Source: Azolla caroliniana
Taxonomy: Eukaryota; Plantae; Polypodiophyta
DNA: 64,000 bases
Reading direction: 5' to 3'
Assembly (NCBI GenBank): GCA_043228905.1
Contig: JBHGNT010000006.1
Span: 18,662,001 to 18,726,000, forward strand
A program made the translations under genes and the position numbers. Numbering within the stretch: the stretch's first letter is position 1; each line of letters begins with the position of its first letter. This document shows positions 12,671 through 27,505 of the stretch, in pieces. Under the pieces are notes generated by a model that did no database searches, was not told the DNA's origin, and saw only the letters and a program-made list of their open reading frames with translations.

Positions 12671-12703
12671 TTTAGAAAGATTATCATCCGTGATAGAAAC
12701 AAC

Positions 12704-15222
12704 ATGGCTCTATGCTGGAAATTTCTAGAAAGTGTGATGGGGAAACTCGGCTTTCACGAATCATGGATCAAAGGCATTGCCAAACTTTATAGGAATGCCA
12801 CCAGCTGTGTTCCACTAGCAGGTGAAAGGGGCCCTTTCTTTCGAATATCGCGGTTTGTACGACAGGGCTGCCCATTGGCACCATCCTTATTTCTATTATA
12901 CCTCGAAGCACTCTCTAGCTTTCTCAACTCGTGACATCTAAGCCTACGTGGTCTTCGTGTGCCGCATTCTCACCAAAGCCTCCTAGATATAGAATTTGCA
13001 GATGACACCGCGGTCTACTTGCAAGGCGACTTGGAAAATTTATAAAAGCTAGAAAGTGGTCTAGATGTATTTTGCAAGCGATCCAATGCCATGATCAATT
13101 TGCACAAATCCTGTGCAATATGGCTCTCTCATGATGCACATCCTGCGTGGCACCCAGATCCCGCTTTCAAGTGGATCAATCAAGGTGAGAGCACCAAATA
13201 TTTGGGTTTCCAAATTGGTTTCAACATACCTCCGGAGACTATGATTAAACCAGTTATTCACTCCATACGACAAAAGTTAATGCATTGGAGTTCGAAAAAA
13301 CTCTCGCTAGCTGGGCGCATCATAGTGGCAAACCAGGTATTACTCGCGACAACATGGTACAGCCTGGTACAGGCTATCATGTTGGACAATCTCCAAGGAA
13401 AGTATACACCAAATTCAACGATTGGTACACAACTACATTTGGTCTAGTAAGGAAGATTATGCAACTCAGGCCAAGGTGGCATGGCCTATACTCACATCAC
13501 CTAAGTCGAGAGGAGGATTGGGTCTTATTGATCCCCTCTCACAATCAAAAGCCCTACTCTTCAAATTTGTGGTGCGAGGACTCCAACCAGGGAATGACTG
13601 TTGGAAAATGTTATTGCAGTTACGCTTCACTTACTTTAGGCCACGAAAAGGGACCAATTGGGCCCCCCAAACTGGATGGATTCTAAACATGGATCTCAAA
13701 CCTAGTTTCTCCCGCCAACTGGAGGATAGATTTAGTGCATCCATGGGGAAGGCGTGGTGTGACATTAGACAAGGACTCAAGTGCAATCAACCCAATTCCA
13801 AACCTACCTGGCTTAGTCAACGTATCCTTTGGAACCCATGTATTAGGGATGAATCTAATCAACTAATTGGATCAAGTAAGGGGCTGTCATGGGGATACAT
13901 GTCGGAAGGTCTAGGAAAAAGTATAGAATGTTGGAGACAATTTATGTCATTGCCAATACAAGACTAGGCAAACATCCTCCATGGAATCAGGGGTGGATGG
14001 TCTATGAGATCTGAAATCATTAACGCTCTACTAATTAGGGAAGCTGCTCATCAAAGGACGACAACGGAGAAATGGATAGGCTACAAGGAGGAGGGCTCTT
14101 TGCTCCCAAGAGGTAGGGACACACCGGACAGGATCGAAGGCTCTGAACTGTAGGACAATGAGGCATCAACACAACGTAAGGCAATTCGAGTACTAGCATA
14201 TAATGGGCATAAATGGATTGTAGATCCTGATCCAATCAAAGTACAACCAGATTGGCACATATGTACTCATGAAAACACATGGCTACGTAAGGTCAGTTGG
14301 GACCCTTTGCAATGGACATGGTGTGATCCTTATGCGGGGCAAGGAAGCAAACCTATCCCTTTCTTTCAATTCACAACTAGATTGGGTCGCCATATTATAG
14401 CCGCTCAATCTGCCCGAGATCCGGCTGCTACAAAGGTCTGGAAAACATATCATGTTCCTAACACAATTATCACCAAGTATTGGCAGAAACTCTGGAAACA
14501 ACAACACACGAGGCGAATCACCACTTTCCAATGGTAGTTAATACATAAGTCACTACCGGTTGGTGCATGGCAGCGTGGGAACCTCAACTCTCCTAATTGT
14601 GTAGCGTGTCCAACTGTAGTAGAATCAATACGACACACTCTATGGGACTGCCCAGAGTCCCATCGAATATGGCGGGGGGTTGACCGCTTATTGTAATTAT
14701 GTCAGGTGCAAGGCTCAATCAAGTGGCAGAATGTATGTTAGCTATCATGGCAGGCCCTAGTTGACAGATATGAGAATCAGGAAGAGGGGATGACTTCGGT
14801 TATAAAAGCACAAGCGGTTTTTTTCTCCACCATCGACAATGTCCACTCAACTCCTATCAATGCCAAATCTCAAGTTGTGTTGGAATTGGTCAGCCCAATA
14901 ACTCTTTGGATTCTATGGAAACAACGGTGTAGACGGGTCTTCTCCAACCAAACCGTGCAACCAATAGTGTTAATGCAAGAGATATGGAGTGAAGCGGTAG
15001 CCACTCTAAAGAGCCAATATGATGGCCTCAAGGGTGACTTTGATGGAGTTGAAAGACAACGACTAGCCTTCATCCAACAATGGTCGTCCTCCCCCTTTAT
15101 TGAGTCGGTGGGCATCCACATAAGATGGACCTATCGTGTCCCTACAAGGATTTGTATATACTAATCTCATCTGTAAAATTTTATAAGTAATGGAAAGAGT
15201 TTTATTTGGAAAAAAAGAAAAG
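12704..15222 (+). mobile_element. Second 5'-truncated, degenerate L1-clade LINE
   Basis: VRQGCPLAPSLF, FADD, KYLG, LSLAGRIIVANQVL, GGLGL, CVAC..ESIRHTLWDC, LWILWKQRC motifs; A-rich tail at ~15210. Confidence 0.85.
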
Positions 15223-18200
15223 TTCTTGGACTTCGCCATTTATCAACTTAACTTTCTCAAACTTTGAGAGCAATGTCATTTTATTAGGACTAGATAAGTT
15301 CTAACTACATTTATACTCTTCAAAATTAGATGAAAGTTTGCATTTGTATGCACAATTTGTTAGATGCTCCATGTTTGTCATTTATTTTTGTAATATTATG
15401 TTCTATATCATCATTCTCATTATTATTTTACATTTCTATCCCCCATTTGCACTCCTTTAATGTATTCCCCATTTGTTAAGTTTCACAACCAATATCATGG
15501 TTGTAATCTTCTATGGAACGAGACAATGACAAATGGCTCTGTTTCATGTGTACATTGTATTTAATTTAGTGCACACACTTGAACTTCACGAAACATTTAA
15601 CATTTAAAATGTTTGCATTATGTTCATGGTGATAGTGACTAGTATTTTAAAGTAAGGCACGAATAAAAAACACAAGTTCTTGAATATTATCAAAGGTTGT
15701 TATAGAGATATTCACATTTGATTCTAGGACTTGAACTCACAAGTGTGTCAAGCGACATATTAAGAGTCTTGAGCATATGCCCCATTTTAATGAATATGAT
15801 ATGATGGGTAGGTATCAAGGTATATGCGATCCTCATGATGGTTCTTCCAGACTATGTATGGGTGGGCACCGATATGGAATCAACTACTTTATGTACAAAT
15901 CAATGTTGAGTGGACACACTCCAAGAATTAGGGAGTGAATGAGTAGCAATGTTCAAAGGAAATTGTAGGAAGCAATGAACTTTCTTGTCTGAACACAATA
16001 TATTTATTCATTTATATGTGGGAAAAATATTAAAAATACCTCTCATATGGAGACTAATGTTGGACCTCCATATGTGTGGTAACATCGAAATATCATGTCA
16101 TCCGCGGTAAAATGATACTATAAATATTGTAGTTCAGAGATAACCTATCAAATTCTTTCTCTATGTCACCTTCGACTCACATATTTCCTCTCTCACTGGC
16201 TGTATCGGTTGAAGGAGAAATATAGAGAGCTATGATTTTATCTAGAGATGCTTGTGATTAGATGGAGAGAGAGAGAGAGAGAGAGAGAGAATGTGTGTGT
16301 GTTGTATTTAATAAGAGGATTGGATTAATTACAGTGGATTATCATTCATTAATTCGTGCAATGATAATTTGATTTTTCTAATATTCCCATGAGTAGAATC
16401 CATATTGCCAAGAATGTGAGGAGTTTTTTTTATACTTCCTCTATATTCTTCAAGGCCAATGATCATTGGTTGCCTAGAAACGCAAAGTTGGTAACCGATT
16501 GAAAGTATAAAATAGGATTAGGTGTATTTTAATCGTGCTACATATTATTGTTGGGATGCGAAAGTGATGGAAACCACAGTGCTTGTGATGAATAACAGAT
16601 GAATGTGTTATGGTCAAACAATTCGATGGGACTTTTTGGTTTTTCATTAATGTATAAACCTATCATGGAGAATTATTGCAAATGCAAAAAATAGTTTGTG
16701 TATATATTATTGAAAAAATGATCTAGGTGCGCTTTTGACATAATGTCTATGCAATTTTAATGATATAACAAAAGGAAATGTAAAAGGGGGTTGGCCTAGA
16801 GGCTAAGGATTCATGAATGCAAACAACCATATGTTTTCTTATCCAATATGTACCCGTACTCACATGCCTTTGTGTTGAGTTCATCATGCAAATTGGCTTT
16901 ATGAAGGTCAAACAATGCGGTGCATTGTATGGTTGCTTCTATACACATGAAAGTATTAAACATCGACAAATGGACCGGGTTTAAAGTTTTTCCTACACCC
17001 ATACGTTTTTTGTTTACTAGTCACACATTAGGGATATATGAGTAAAGAACGAGACTTTTTCGTATGACAAATTTGAGCAAGTTGCACTAATGTCTACAAT
17101 CGCCAAAGATCAAAAGTGTGGAGATCATATTTGTTATAAGTAAAACATCAACATATTAAGACAAAAATAAGAAGATTATTTAAAACACATGCTTGATAAG
17201 CTATCGTTGATATATTCAACATATCCTAACACATGTAGGAATAACTACATCCAAGGCACCATAATTTTTCCAACATTATTGATCTCTTCCAAGAATGAGA
17301 GCTTCTTGTGCGTCAAACCCAATTTAGGAAAAAATGATGAGGCTAGTTGACAACTTGGAAATCAAACACAACGTTGCGGAATCATGCGAAGGCATATACC
17401 TGTAGCAAGAGAACTCTTGACTCAAAAGGGAATTCTTTCACATAAAAGACGTGTGTTATTGTAATGAGTCGTGACTAGGTCCATAATGAAGTGATCTTTG
17501 ATGGAACCACTTGGGTAGATTCTTCTTGTGCAAAACATGGGCTATACTCGTGTAAAAGCATATGCTTCTAACTTCTTACCTATTTTCACAAGGCGAGGTT
17601 GAAAATCACAAAGCAATGAGCAAGAATTCATCGGGGTTACTAATTCATGTAACACCACCAAGTCCTTACTTATTTCGTATGCCAATAATGTTTGAACCTT
17701 GCTTGGTACATAGTTTCATACACAACACACAACAAAAATGGAAACCGAGAAACTCGTAGGTGTGTTCTTAGTGATGCATGCACGTAGCTAACCCAAAGCA
17801 AAGTATGAACCCAACCTACAAAATATGAAAGTCTACCAAATATATATGTATAGATACATACATGCATGCATGTATGTATGCATGCATACATATTGTATTG
17901 TATTGTATTGTATTGTATGTATGCATGCATAGAAGACAAAATCTTTCTCATTACATAATTCATATGAAGCGGGGGAATGTCAATGTCATGTGAAGAAGAA
18001 ACACATGTGAAGGAAGCTCCAATGAAATGTATTCATCTTTTATTATTATACGAAGTTTAACGCCCAAGAAAACATAAAAAAGAAGAGAGAGAGACAGAGA
18101 GAAAGAGGTCTTACGAAAACGAAAACGAAGAAGAAGAAGAAGGAATACGGAGGAGCATATTCCCAAAGGATTATGTATATTTATTTATTTACTGTTTAGT

Positions 18201-18342
18201 TTAGGTTTATTATTTATATAATTATATAATCAGAAAAATGAAGAAATTTCGAAGGAATCAGGAGTCGTACGTATTTCTTTCCCTTTTATTATTTTTTTCC
18301 TTTTCCTTTTTCTTTATAACCGTCTCACTTTCCCTCCCCCTC

Positions 18343-18373
18343 CCCCTACCCCTACCCCTAACCCTAACCCTAA
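18343..18373 (+). promoter_or_regulatory. CCCTA(A) telo-box-like repeats upstream of the kinase
   Basis: CCCCTACCCCTACCCCTAACCCTAACCCTAA in the pyrimidine-rich leader region. Confidence 0.35.
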
Positions 18374-18680
18374 TTTTCACCATCGCCTGCGCATAACGCT
18401 CTCCCCCCTACCTCCCCTTCTTCTTTGCTCCCTTATCTGCAGCATTTTCTCCTCCAATCCAATTTTAGACCCTAAATCTTTCTTCCCCTACAGCATCTCC
18501 CCCCCCGCTCCTCCTTACCATCGACCTAAAGAATCCTCCGCCCGCAGTCCTCTTCCTTCTTCGTTCTGCAGGTTTCTTGAAATCCATTTTCTTCTCATCG
18601 GAGCTTCCTTCCACAAACTTCCTTCCACATCTTTCTTCAATCTCCCTTTTCTTCATCCTTCCCTTTCCCTGCAAATTTTT

Positions 18681-19553
18681 ATGGAAAATCCTTACACGTT
18701 TGGACGACAAATCGGCGAAGGAGTAGACGGAGTTGTTCGCTTCGTCTTCGATCAGTCCTCAGGACAGAGATTCGCGTGCAAGTCCGTCAAGAAATCCAAC
18801 CCTGATGCTCTCTGCCATGTACGGGTTGAGATCGCCATGCTTGAGAAGCTTAGAGGCCATCCCAACATTCTGTTTCTGCACGATCACTTTGAAGACGAAG
18901 AGTACGTGCATGTCGTCTTGGATCTGTGCGAAGGTGGAGATCTGTGTGAGTTCGTGAGAGGGAAGGGCCGTCTTTCCGAGCTCGAGTCTGCACAGGCTAT
19001 GGCGACCATACTCAGGGCTGTTTTGTTCTGCCACGAGAGAGGTGTTTTCCACAGGGACCTCAAACCAGAGAATATACTCCTGCCTCGGAGAAACAGTGGT
19101 TATGGAGAGCTCAAGCTTGCAGATTTTGGTGCTTCTGCAGACTTGTCGAAGAGGAGATCTTTCACTGAGATGGAAGGGACCGCATGGTACCTTGCTCCCG
19201 AGGTTCTTGCAGGTAGCTATGACGAGAAAGCAGACATATGGAGCTTAGGAGTGATCCTTTACGCAATGCTGTGTGGATTCCTTCCTTTCGATGGAGATGG
19301 AACAGTAGAAATCTTCCAAGCCATTAAGAGAGGGAAGCTGGATCTGAAGTCGGAGCCATGGCCATCCATTTCTGAGGAAGCCAAGGATCTCCTCAAAGGC
19401 ATGCTTCAGAAAAATCCTTACAGGAGGATGAGGCTCAGAGATGTTTTGTTACATCCTTGGTTTAAGCACGTCTCGTCTGCAGAAGGTAGCGAGGGACCAT
19501 GGGGCAGCTTGAAGAAGCACGGAGCCTCGGAATCTGTTTCTGTAGGTGGATGA
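18681..19553 (+). CDS. Ser/Thr protein kinase of the CDPK/SnRK superfamily, kinase domain only (PPCK/PEPRK-like)
   Basis: Intact single-exon 290-aa ORF: GEGVDG, FACKS, HPNI, LCEGGDL, HRDLKPENIL, DFG, YLAPE, DIWSLGVILY, PWPSISEEAKDLL, HPW; no junction or EF-hand domain. Confidence 0.9.
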   Translation: MENPYTFGRQIGEGVDGVVRFVFDQSSGQRFACKSVKKSNPDALCHVRVEIAMLEKLRGHPNILFLHDHFEDEEYVHVVLDLCEGGDLCEFVRGKGRLSELESAQAMATILRAVLFCHERGVFHRDLKPENILLPRRNSGYGELKLADFGASADLSKRRSFTEMEGTAWYLAPEVLAGSYDEKADIWSLGVILYAMLCGFLPFDGDGTVEIFQAIKRGKLDLKSEPWPSISEEAKDLLKGMLQKNPYRRMRLRDVLLHPWFKHVSSAEGSEGPWGSLKKHGASESVSVGG

Positions 19554-22500
19554 TGGAAGGAGGAAATGTTATGTAAACATTCATCCTTCTACATTAGTTC
19601 TTCCACAGAGATATCTGCTATTAGATCTCAGTCTTGATGTCTGTGATTCTAATTGTCGAAACCATTTACTCTGATTATGTCCCTAAAGAGGTTGTTGCTC
19701 TTGTGTTTTCCTTCTTCTCAGAGGATAATCTATTCCTGCACATGGTATGGATTTTTCATACTTCTTTTTTGACTTGCGGGAGTGGAAATATACAGTAATT
19801 TTGTGAGGATATAGGAACTATAGTACTTATGAAGTAGAAGTAATAGCTCATACTTACTTTATGACTTACTTAGGTTTAGTATTTCTTCTTCGTCGTCATC
19901 ATCATCTTCTTCATCCGTCTTTTGTTAACATGGGGGACATGGAGAATTTCCCTACGTTGTAAATTTTCTCTCTATATGTATGTGTATATGTATATATTCT
20001 ATTGAAATATAGAGTTGTGCTGGTATATGCTGGCCAAATTTTTGTAACACAAAATCTTGTTTCTTTGATCGATGTTTGCTGGAGCAATGATCCAGTCTAT
20101 AATTTTCCGTTCCTTTCTCGTCCTTCATTACAATGTGTTTGTTGATGAAAGACAATCTATGATCTCCGTCTTATTGGTGCAGGATTTATGGATGCTAAGA
20201 AAACTCTGATAGTTCAATGTGAACACTAATTGACTGTTCTTGATCATGGTTTGTTTCTATCTTCACTCCACAAAATCAGTGCAAACAAAAGGTTCTGGTT
20301 CTGTGAAATGCGTGATTACAGACAAGACAAATCAAAATCTGCTACTAACGTTAGCTCTTTTACAACACACACTTGGCACATGCATATACGCAATCCTGCT
20401 GTCTGTTGGCATAGGTTTGCTCACAGTTGTTCCTGCTTAGGCTTAATCTTATTCAGATCGGACTGCTGATTGCTGATCTTGTAATATTAACTGATAGTGA
20501 TCGTTTCGTTTTAGGACCGAGTGAAATGAGTTGGGTGGGAGTGACTGTAAACTCATCATCAAACAGAAATTTCATAAACACTTCAATAAGCAATAGAAGT
20601 TGTGTAACATATTTTCCTGCTTAGAATACTTGCTTCTTAAAACCATCAAGAATTGTGTAACTGCAAATGATATGAAACTTTCACGTGATCCTGCATTGTC
20701 TCTTACTGCATTTTGTAAAGGACTCTCAGGACTGCGGAATGCAGGCAATAGCAATGGCGTTATTTGATTGTCATCCAGTACAGGTACATATAATAGAAAG
20801 CCATTCTGACCCCAGCAAAATCTCTCTGATACAAATGTTATGCATCAAATAATCCCACTCTGGGGCCATCTTCATCAGACTAACAACGCTTGAATATGAA
20901 TTATCTCAAAAAAGCTCCGATTCTATCCACTCTAGTTTCTTAGAGAATTAAAAAGATGGAGAGTGGGGGGGAACATGGCTAAATCAATTGGGGGTCACAT
21001 GTAGAATGTGAATGGGTTACTCATCATTCAAGAGCATTGGTGTGCATGTTTTGTTGTATCTACTATCAACAACCAATCGAGAGGCACAATGTTAAAGAGT
21101 TGTGGTGTGTGTGTTGAGCTTGGTCACAAAGCTTTTGTTTTTATTGCTCTTTGTTTGGGACAATGAAAAGACTTATCATCGAGGATGACGAACCAACAAT
21201 TGGGAGAGCTGCGTGTTGAGCTCATTTGGAAAGAAACATGGCCACAAAGCCTAATATTGCATGTTGTTGGGAAATGCATTTGATATGCTTCACCCACTTA
21301 AAATGTGGAGGGACAAGAATGATGATGAAGAATTTACTCTCTTTTTTTATGGTCTTTCAATTGCCAAGTGCTCTTTCCTACCAATAAATACAATGTGAAA
21401 CAACCACGTTGCCATGTTGTTGAATTTGTGTACCACAATGGGGCTATTTGGACAATGCCAAGAGGCAACATGGTTTACCATTTTGTAACTTTGATGAAGA
21501 CGAGCCATGTTTTGGCAACCCTTTGAGATTCGATGAAGCATCGCTTGGCCCTTCGTTGCACTGAATAAATTGTCTCTATTTTCCTTTTTGTGAAAGTGCC
21601 ATTACGTGTTGTTTGACCCTTAGTGACACCTTCCAAGAGGTTTGTTTCACTCTTTTGTTTTTTGTGTTCTATATGATTGACGATATGCTAGTAGCCACTC
21701 CACTCTTCCGACACTTCAAAAGTCAATTGGGGAGAGGTGGATTGGCAAGAAGAGTTATCTATGGTTAGGTTTTCTCCAAAGAAACTTGATCAACGTAAAG
21801 TCATTGTAGAAGGGTTTGGATTGTATCTTGCTTTCTTTTCAAGAAAGGTCACAATTTCAATCACCTTTGATGTGAGGGGGAGAGGATCGATCCTTCAGTT
21901 CAATGATCCTCACCATAAAAAACTAGCACGCCTCACAAGTCGTGCTCTTTCGTTTTCTGGTGAGTTCTCAAAAGGGAACAATTGCATTAACACAAACCAT
22001 AATGCAAGAGTGGTATGTTCTTGAAAGGAGGGTTTGCGATGCCCTAGGCCATACAACAAATAGCTTTAAATTTTTTCCTTCTGGTAGGTCTATTATAGTT
22101 CAGAAACTAGAGCATTATCATAAAAGAGCTTGTGAGAATGTTATGTAACAAAAAAACGCTCAACGGACCAAGCTCACTAGGCAAACTATATCCTCTGCAC
22201 TTTACGTGGTCCACCACACTTCCTTAACCATAAAACCTAAAGTTGTTAAACATTTTTATAGCATAACGCAAAATAATCATTATCATAAAGAAACAAATAG
22301 TGTAATATTCAATCATTATTTTCTAAAGGATATTCCAAGGTGTAAAGAGCTCAACTTCTCAGACTAAAAAATAATTGGTAATTTGGCTTTGATTGTGCTA
22401 CTATTTTTCAATTGCGCCCTCAATCTCAATCTCAATCTCAATCTCTATAACCTCAAGCTCAAGCTCATTCCCAATCACAACTGCAAATTGGGAGACCCAC

Positions 22501-25500
22501 AAGCCATGAGTCTCAATCGACAATGGTTGTCCAAGATCTCCCTCTCAATATTGTTCAATCCACACTGAGAGGGACAAAATTGATCTTCCCATCTTTCAAA
22601 GATCCCAAGGTAAACCCAAACAAGGATAGAGAGTTCACAAATGTTTGGGAAGTCATGTGTATTCCAAATTGACAGCATATGAACAATAGAAAGAAATATC
22701 CTTTAGAGCTTTTGATGATGGCATTGATAAAACCAATTTCGAGCCAAAGTTTCTAAACCATGTCATTTTTCTAGGATAAGCATGAAGCATAACTTTGGAT
22801 GTTTCATACAACAATTTAAAAAGTTTCTACGCTATGACTATTGAACATTGGTATTAGTCCACAATACCTAGATATTAATAATGTAGTCTTGAGATAGTGG
22901 GGTCCTTCAAGGATGTGATAGAGAAGAAGGATACATTAGCATGAAACAAGTGCATCATATTTTGAAGTAATTCTTTCTTAACTAATTGGAAATCTTCCTA
23001 TGAGGTAGTTTTTTCAGCTTAACAATAGAAAATGTTCCTTTTTTAAAATAAGTTTCCTTGGGAATGGGAAAACTTTGGAAAAAACATGTTTTCGTATTGC
23101 AATTACATAATTTGACAATTTGCAATGTAGGGATAGATCTTAGTTAAACATATAACTAGATTGGTGTAGATGAAGGTCTCGAAGATCGCTCAACTGCATC
23201 AGCTATCTACTTCAAAGTACTTGTACTAGAAGGCGAAGCATCCAATTGTTCATGCCATCCGTTAAGTAATGCAATCATTGCTTGAGATTTGTCAAACAAA
23301 TGCAGTCATGTAAAAAACTAACTCTTAAAACATGCTATTCTTCATAACATTTCATATTTGTTTTCCAAATTTCCTGATTTAAATCTCCTACCAAAAAACT
23401 TGCATTTTTAATGAAGATCTATTTTTGGAGAAATAAAAATACTAATACAAGATATCAAGAATTCTAATATTAAGATGTTCATGAACATGGAACATTGTCA
23501 TGAATTAGTAGTTTTCTTTTTTTACATATCACAAGATTTGTGTGATATATTCTAATGAACCTAAATCCTTTTTTACATGCTTCTATTATCTATAATAAAG
23601 TATTGATATCACAATATTTGTGTCATTTATTTGTTCATCCACCATTAATAAGACAAGAAAAATGAACCTTCCCTCAAGCCTCTCAACCAAGCTTGTGTGT
23701 GTGGGTTTGTACATAATGCAAATTTCAATCAATCAGTATGTTTAGAGTGAAGCTCCCTTGTGGAGCCCGTTCATCTCAATATTGTCTCTCATTTAGCCCA
23801 TCTTATAAGTGGATAGGTCTCTTTATTAGCATCCTTGGAAGACAATGATATGGTATCCAACCTTGGTGGGGGTGGGTGGGGGGGTGTGGCCTCATTGTCA
23901 CAATGTTGAATACAAGCCTTCAATTGTTGAAAGTGATATTTGTAAACCCATGTTATTTGAGCCTAGTTATGTGTGTGCATTATGTTACACTAAAAATGCA
24001 AAGAATCGTTATTGTTAATTGCGTTGCTTGACATAGGATATTGGTTTCTATCGTTCAGGTCAAAAAGTGATGTTAACATCCATATTTTAAGGAGCAAATT
24101 ATTCATGTGCAATACATCTAAAACTAAAAAGTATTGACAATAATTGATGTTCTTGAATACAACATTAAACCATTGAACACTAGAATCTATGACCTTAAGG
24201 CTATAAGGCACGATAACTTTACCATTTCACTATCATTTTTGCCGCTAAAAACTCTGGTAAGGCAATCTTGTGAATCTACACACAACAATTTCTTTGTTAG
24301 CATTCCTTGATGGAGAAAGACGATAAGTTGTCAAATTTTTAGGTGCTAGAAGTAGATTTTTAAAGGCTGGTTTTTTTTGGTTGGAGCAAGAAATTCATGT
24401 CCATTATCTCCAACTAAAAACAAGAGGATCAAATATAATGAACGTAAGTGTCAAACTCTGTTGTCCAAGATTTGTGACTAGCAATCTTAAAGGCTACAAC
24501 AATAAAAAGCACATAAGCCGCTTCTACGAGGAATGAGAGAACACTGGTGTGTACAAACAAGGAGGATGTTGTCACACCATGTAGATTGTAGGGTGTCCAA
24601 CTCCTATATTGGTTTTCATCTTTTGAGTAATCCTACTATATATGTACTTCCAAATTGTTGTTAGGACATATGTTTTTCTACCATCGCTTCATATTAACCC
24701 ATGCTATTCAACCCTTAAATTAAAGGGCCATTTTGTTTACCCTTGAAAACCTACAATTAGCAAATGCAATACCCTTTCCAAACAATACCTCCCACTTCCC
24801 AAGTAGTATGTTTGATCAAATCTTGAACCTAAGAGTGGTCGTAGAACAAATTCAACTGAGAATTATATGACTATGGCTGAAGTTGATGGTCGTTGATTGT
24901 TGTTATTTTGTTGACAACAACATTAAGGTCTCAAACATAAATCTTGATTAAATTGATAAATATCATTTGGAAGACATCTAATCCATGCCTTTGTGCACCA
25001 AACTATACTAACCTTACATATGATGACGTTACTCTTTATTTTCGTAAATTTGTTACACAATCACATACCATGAACCTAAGTTGTTATATTTGGTATGATC
25101 CCCTAGAAATACAATTGTTGTAATTAGCATAAAGGTGCATTTTACACAATTTTTCGTGTCTTTTCTTTATGGAATAACATATGAGAACTTTGCTACCATG
25201 CTTATGAAAGGACACGGCTTTAAGACAAACAAAACAAAGAAACAGGCATGTATTGATGTGAAAGAGTAATGAAGCCACATGCGTATAATACTATCATCAT
25301 ACACACATGTTTGTCATACAAATGCCCTCTAATGTACACTTAAGAACGTATATTCTCTTTTGAGATTTGATTTTTGCACATGTTAACCATGAAGTCACCT
25401 AACATGATGAAAAGTTCGGTCGAGGAACTTAATTTCATTGTTTGTGAAAAGAGATGGACATTTATATATTAGAGGCCCATTACATATTGTTGCTCAATTT

Positions 25501-26532
25501 GAGAATCTAAGCCCATACAAGATGTAGTTTGATTTGACATTGAAATGATAAATTACAATGAATCAATCAATAAATAGTAGAGTTTCTTGATTTGAAAAGA
25601 TAATTGCTAGAATATGTTTTCCCACAAGTCCACACATCCTTATCTTCCAAGTATCAATATAAATTTCTTATTATTATGTTCATTAGAGAGGGTTGTTTTT
25701 TGTAACTTCATAGGAATGATTGAATAGGACATACAAAGACATAGAGAAGCAAGAGAGATTCCACATGGACCAAGGGAGGAGAGTAGATCATATGATCACT
25801 AGAGGCCAAAGAAAGAAAACCATGGGCAACACATTAAGTCGTCATTAGAGACATAATCATAGAATAAAAGCACTAACACAATAAATAAAATAAAGAAATA
25901 GTGGAATTACAACTTAATATTTAGGTCCATAGACAATTAATTGTATGACATTGACATTAATTTAAAAGCATTAAGAGTATATAATTTAGTTACATTGGCG
26001 GTCAGACATTAAACAAGATATTTCAAAAAAATCTGAGTAGGGTGACAATTACTTATTTAAGGAGACAATAATCAACAACTTTTAAGATCTGAACAAAAGA
26101 CATCATTGATCTTTGGGAGACTCAAAAATCTAATGCATTTAGTCTCACTTGAACTCATTAAAAAGTCATGGTGCCAATTTGTCTTCATTTGAAAGTTATT
26201 ATTTAAACTTGAGTAATAACTGGTTAAGGTTGAATAGCTTCTTGTTAAGTTTCTTTGTTTCTTCACACATTTGTTTTTTAAAACTTGCAATAGGTAAAGT
26301 AACGAAGTCAATCACCTTACATTTATTTCCTTGATATGAAACATTAGGTATGATTCATCATATAAGTTGGGCTCAATGGTTATGTGTTGATATTTAGTCG
26401 GACTTGTAATTTTGGTCAACCCATGGTTTTCTTGTTAATAAACACATGAATACATTGGCAACTTAACATAGAATACCGAAAGCTAGGATAAGAAAGGGCC
26501 CCATTTAGGATGCCCAAAAATGAAGTAGTTGG

Positions 26533-27505
26533 TGTTAGAGCTAGATCTTATTGTGAGCATATGATAAGGATAATATAGATAGATGGAAAAGAAAGGAAAT
26601 AAAGAAAGAAGGGTGCCGATCCACCCGACCACCCCCAAGCAAAGGGATCGAGACAGACTTGAGCCTCGATCCGCGTCCCATACCACCGCTGTGGCGTCGA
26701 GTCGTACCTGGTATTGGCACACTCGCTTCAAGAGTTGATCACCACGAGGACAAAGTCTCGACATAGTCGATAATGTGTCAAATGGGGGTAGCTAGGCCTC
26801 ATATTTATAGCCCGACCTAAGGCCCCCATGCAAGTTCATAGTTGACCTTAATGGGTTATAATCCCAAGTATTAAAAGTAATCCTTCCCTTCTTTACACTC
26901 TCATTTAACCCTCACACTTTATCCACGTGTATAGAATACTACGGTACAATCTTACTATGAGATATTATATGGTCATGCCCGTAACATACTCCCCCTCTTT
27001 AAAACATTGCACTCTTGTAATGAAAAGTTAGGGAAGTTAGTTCTAAGAGTATTTTCTCATTCCCATGTGGCATCTCTTATAGATTTATCCATCCATTTAA
27101 TTTTAAATTCTCAGATTATTTTGGAACACAATTTTTTTGTTTAATATTGAGAATTCTCTCTGGTACATGTGGTTTAGAAGATAATTCTTCAGAAGTAACT
27201 AGAGTTTCATTTGTGACTATATTGTCGCTAGACCCAAGAAGTTCTTTTAGACGACTTACATGGAAGACTGGATGGATTTCAACACCATCAGGAAGAGCGA
27301 GACGATAGGCTGATAAACCAATGCATTTGAGGACTGTAAAAGGTCCACAAAACCGTGGGGCTAACTTAGTGCACTTACCTATAGACAACGTCTTAGAATT
27401 GTGAGGTACACATAAAAATACTTTTTGTCTAGGGTTGAATACACGAGGTTGCCTATCATGATCGGCATAAAAACGTGCTCTATCTTGAGTTGTTTTTATA
27501 TTATT
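26533..27505 (-). mobile_element. 3' end of a chromovirus-type Ty3/gypsy element (integrase GPF/Y region, chromodomain, PPT, 3' LTR)
   Basis: KLAPRFCGPF..AYRLALP..IHPVFHVSRLK..PERIL, then frameshifted FKIKW..DATWE; PPT AAAGAGGGGGAG; LTR begins TGTTAC at 26986; LTR end at 26533 is tentative. Confidence 0.75.

Noticed and set aside
19952-20754. Short ORFs downstream of the kinase as extra exons or a second gene
   Set aside because: No EF-hand or other recognisable domain and no convincing exon chain
20900-26400. Possible decayed DNA-transposon or gene fragments
   Set aside because: No motif, TIR pair or splice pattern I could support by eye
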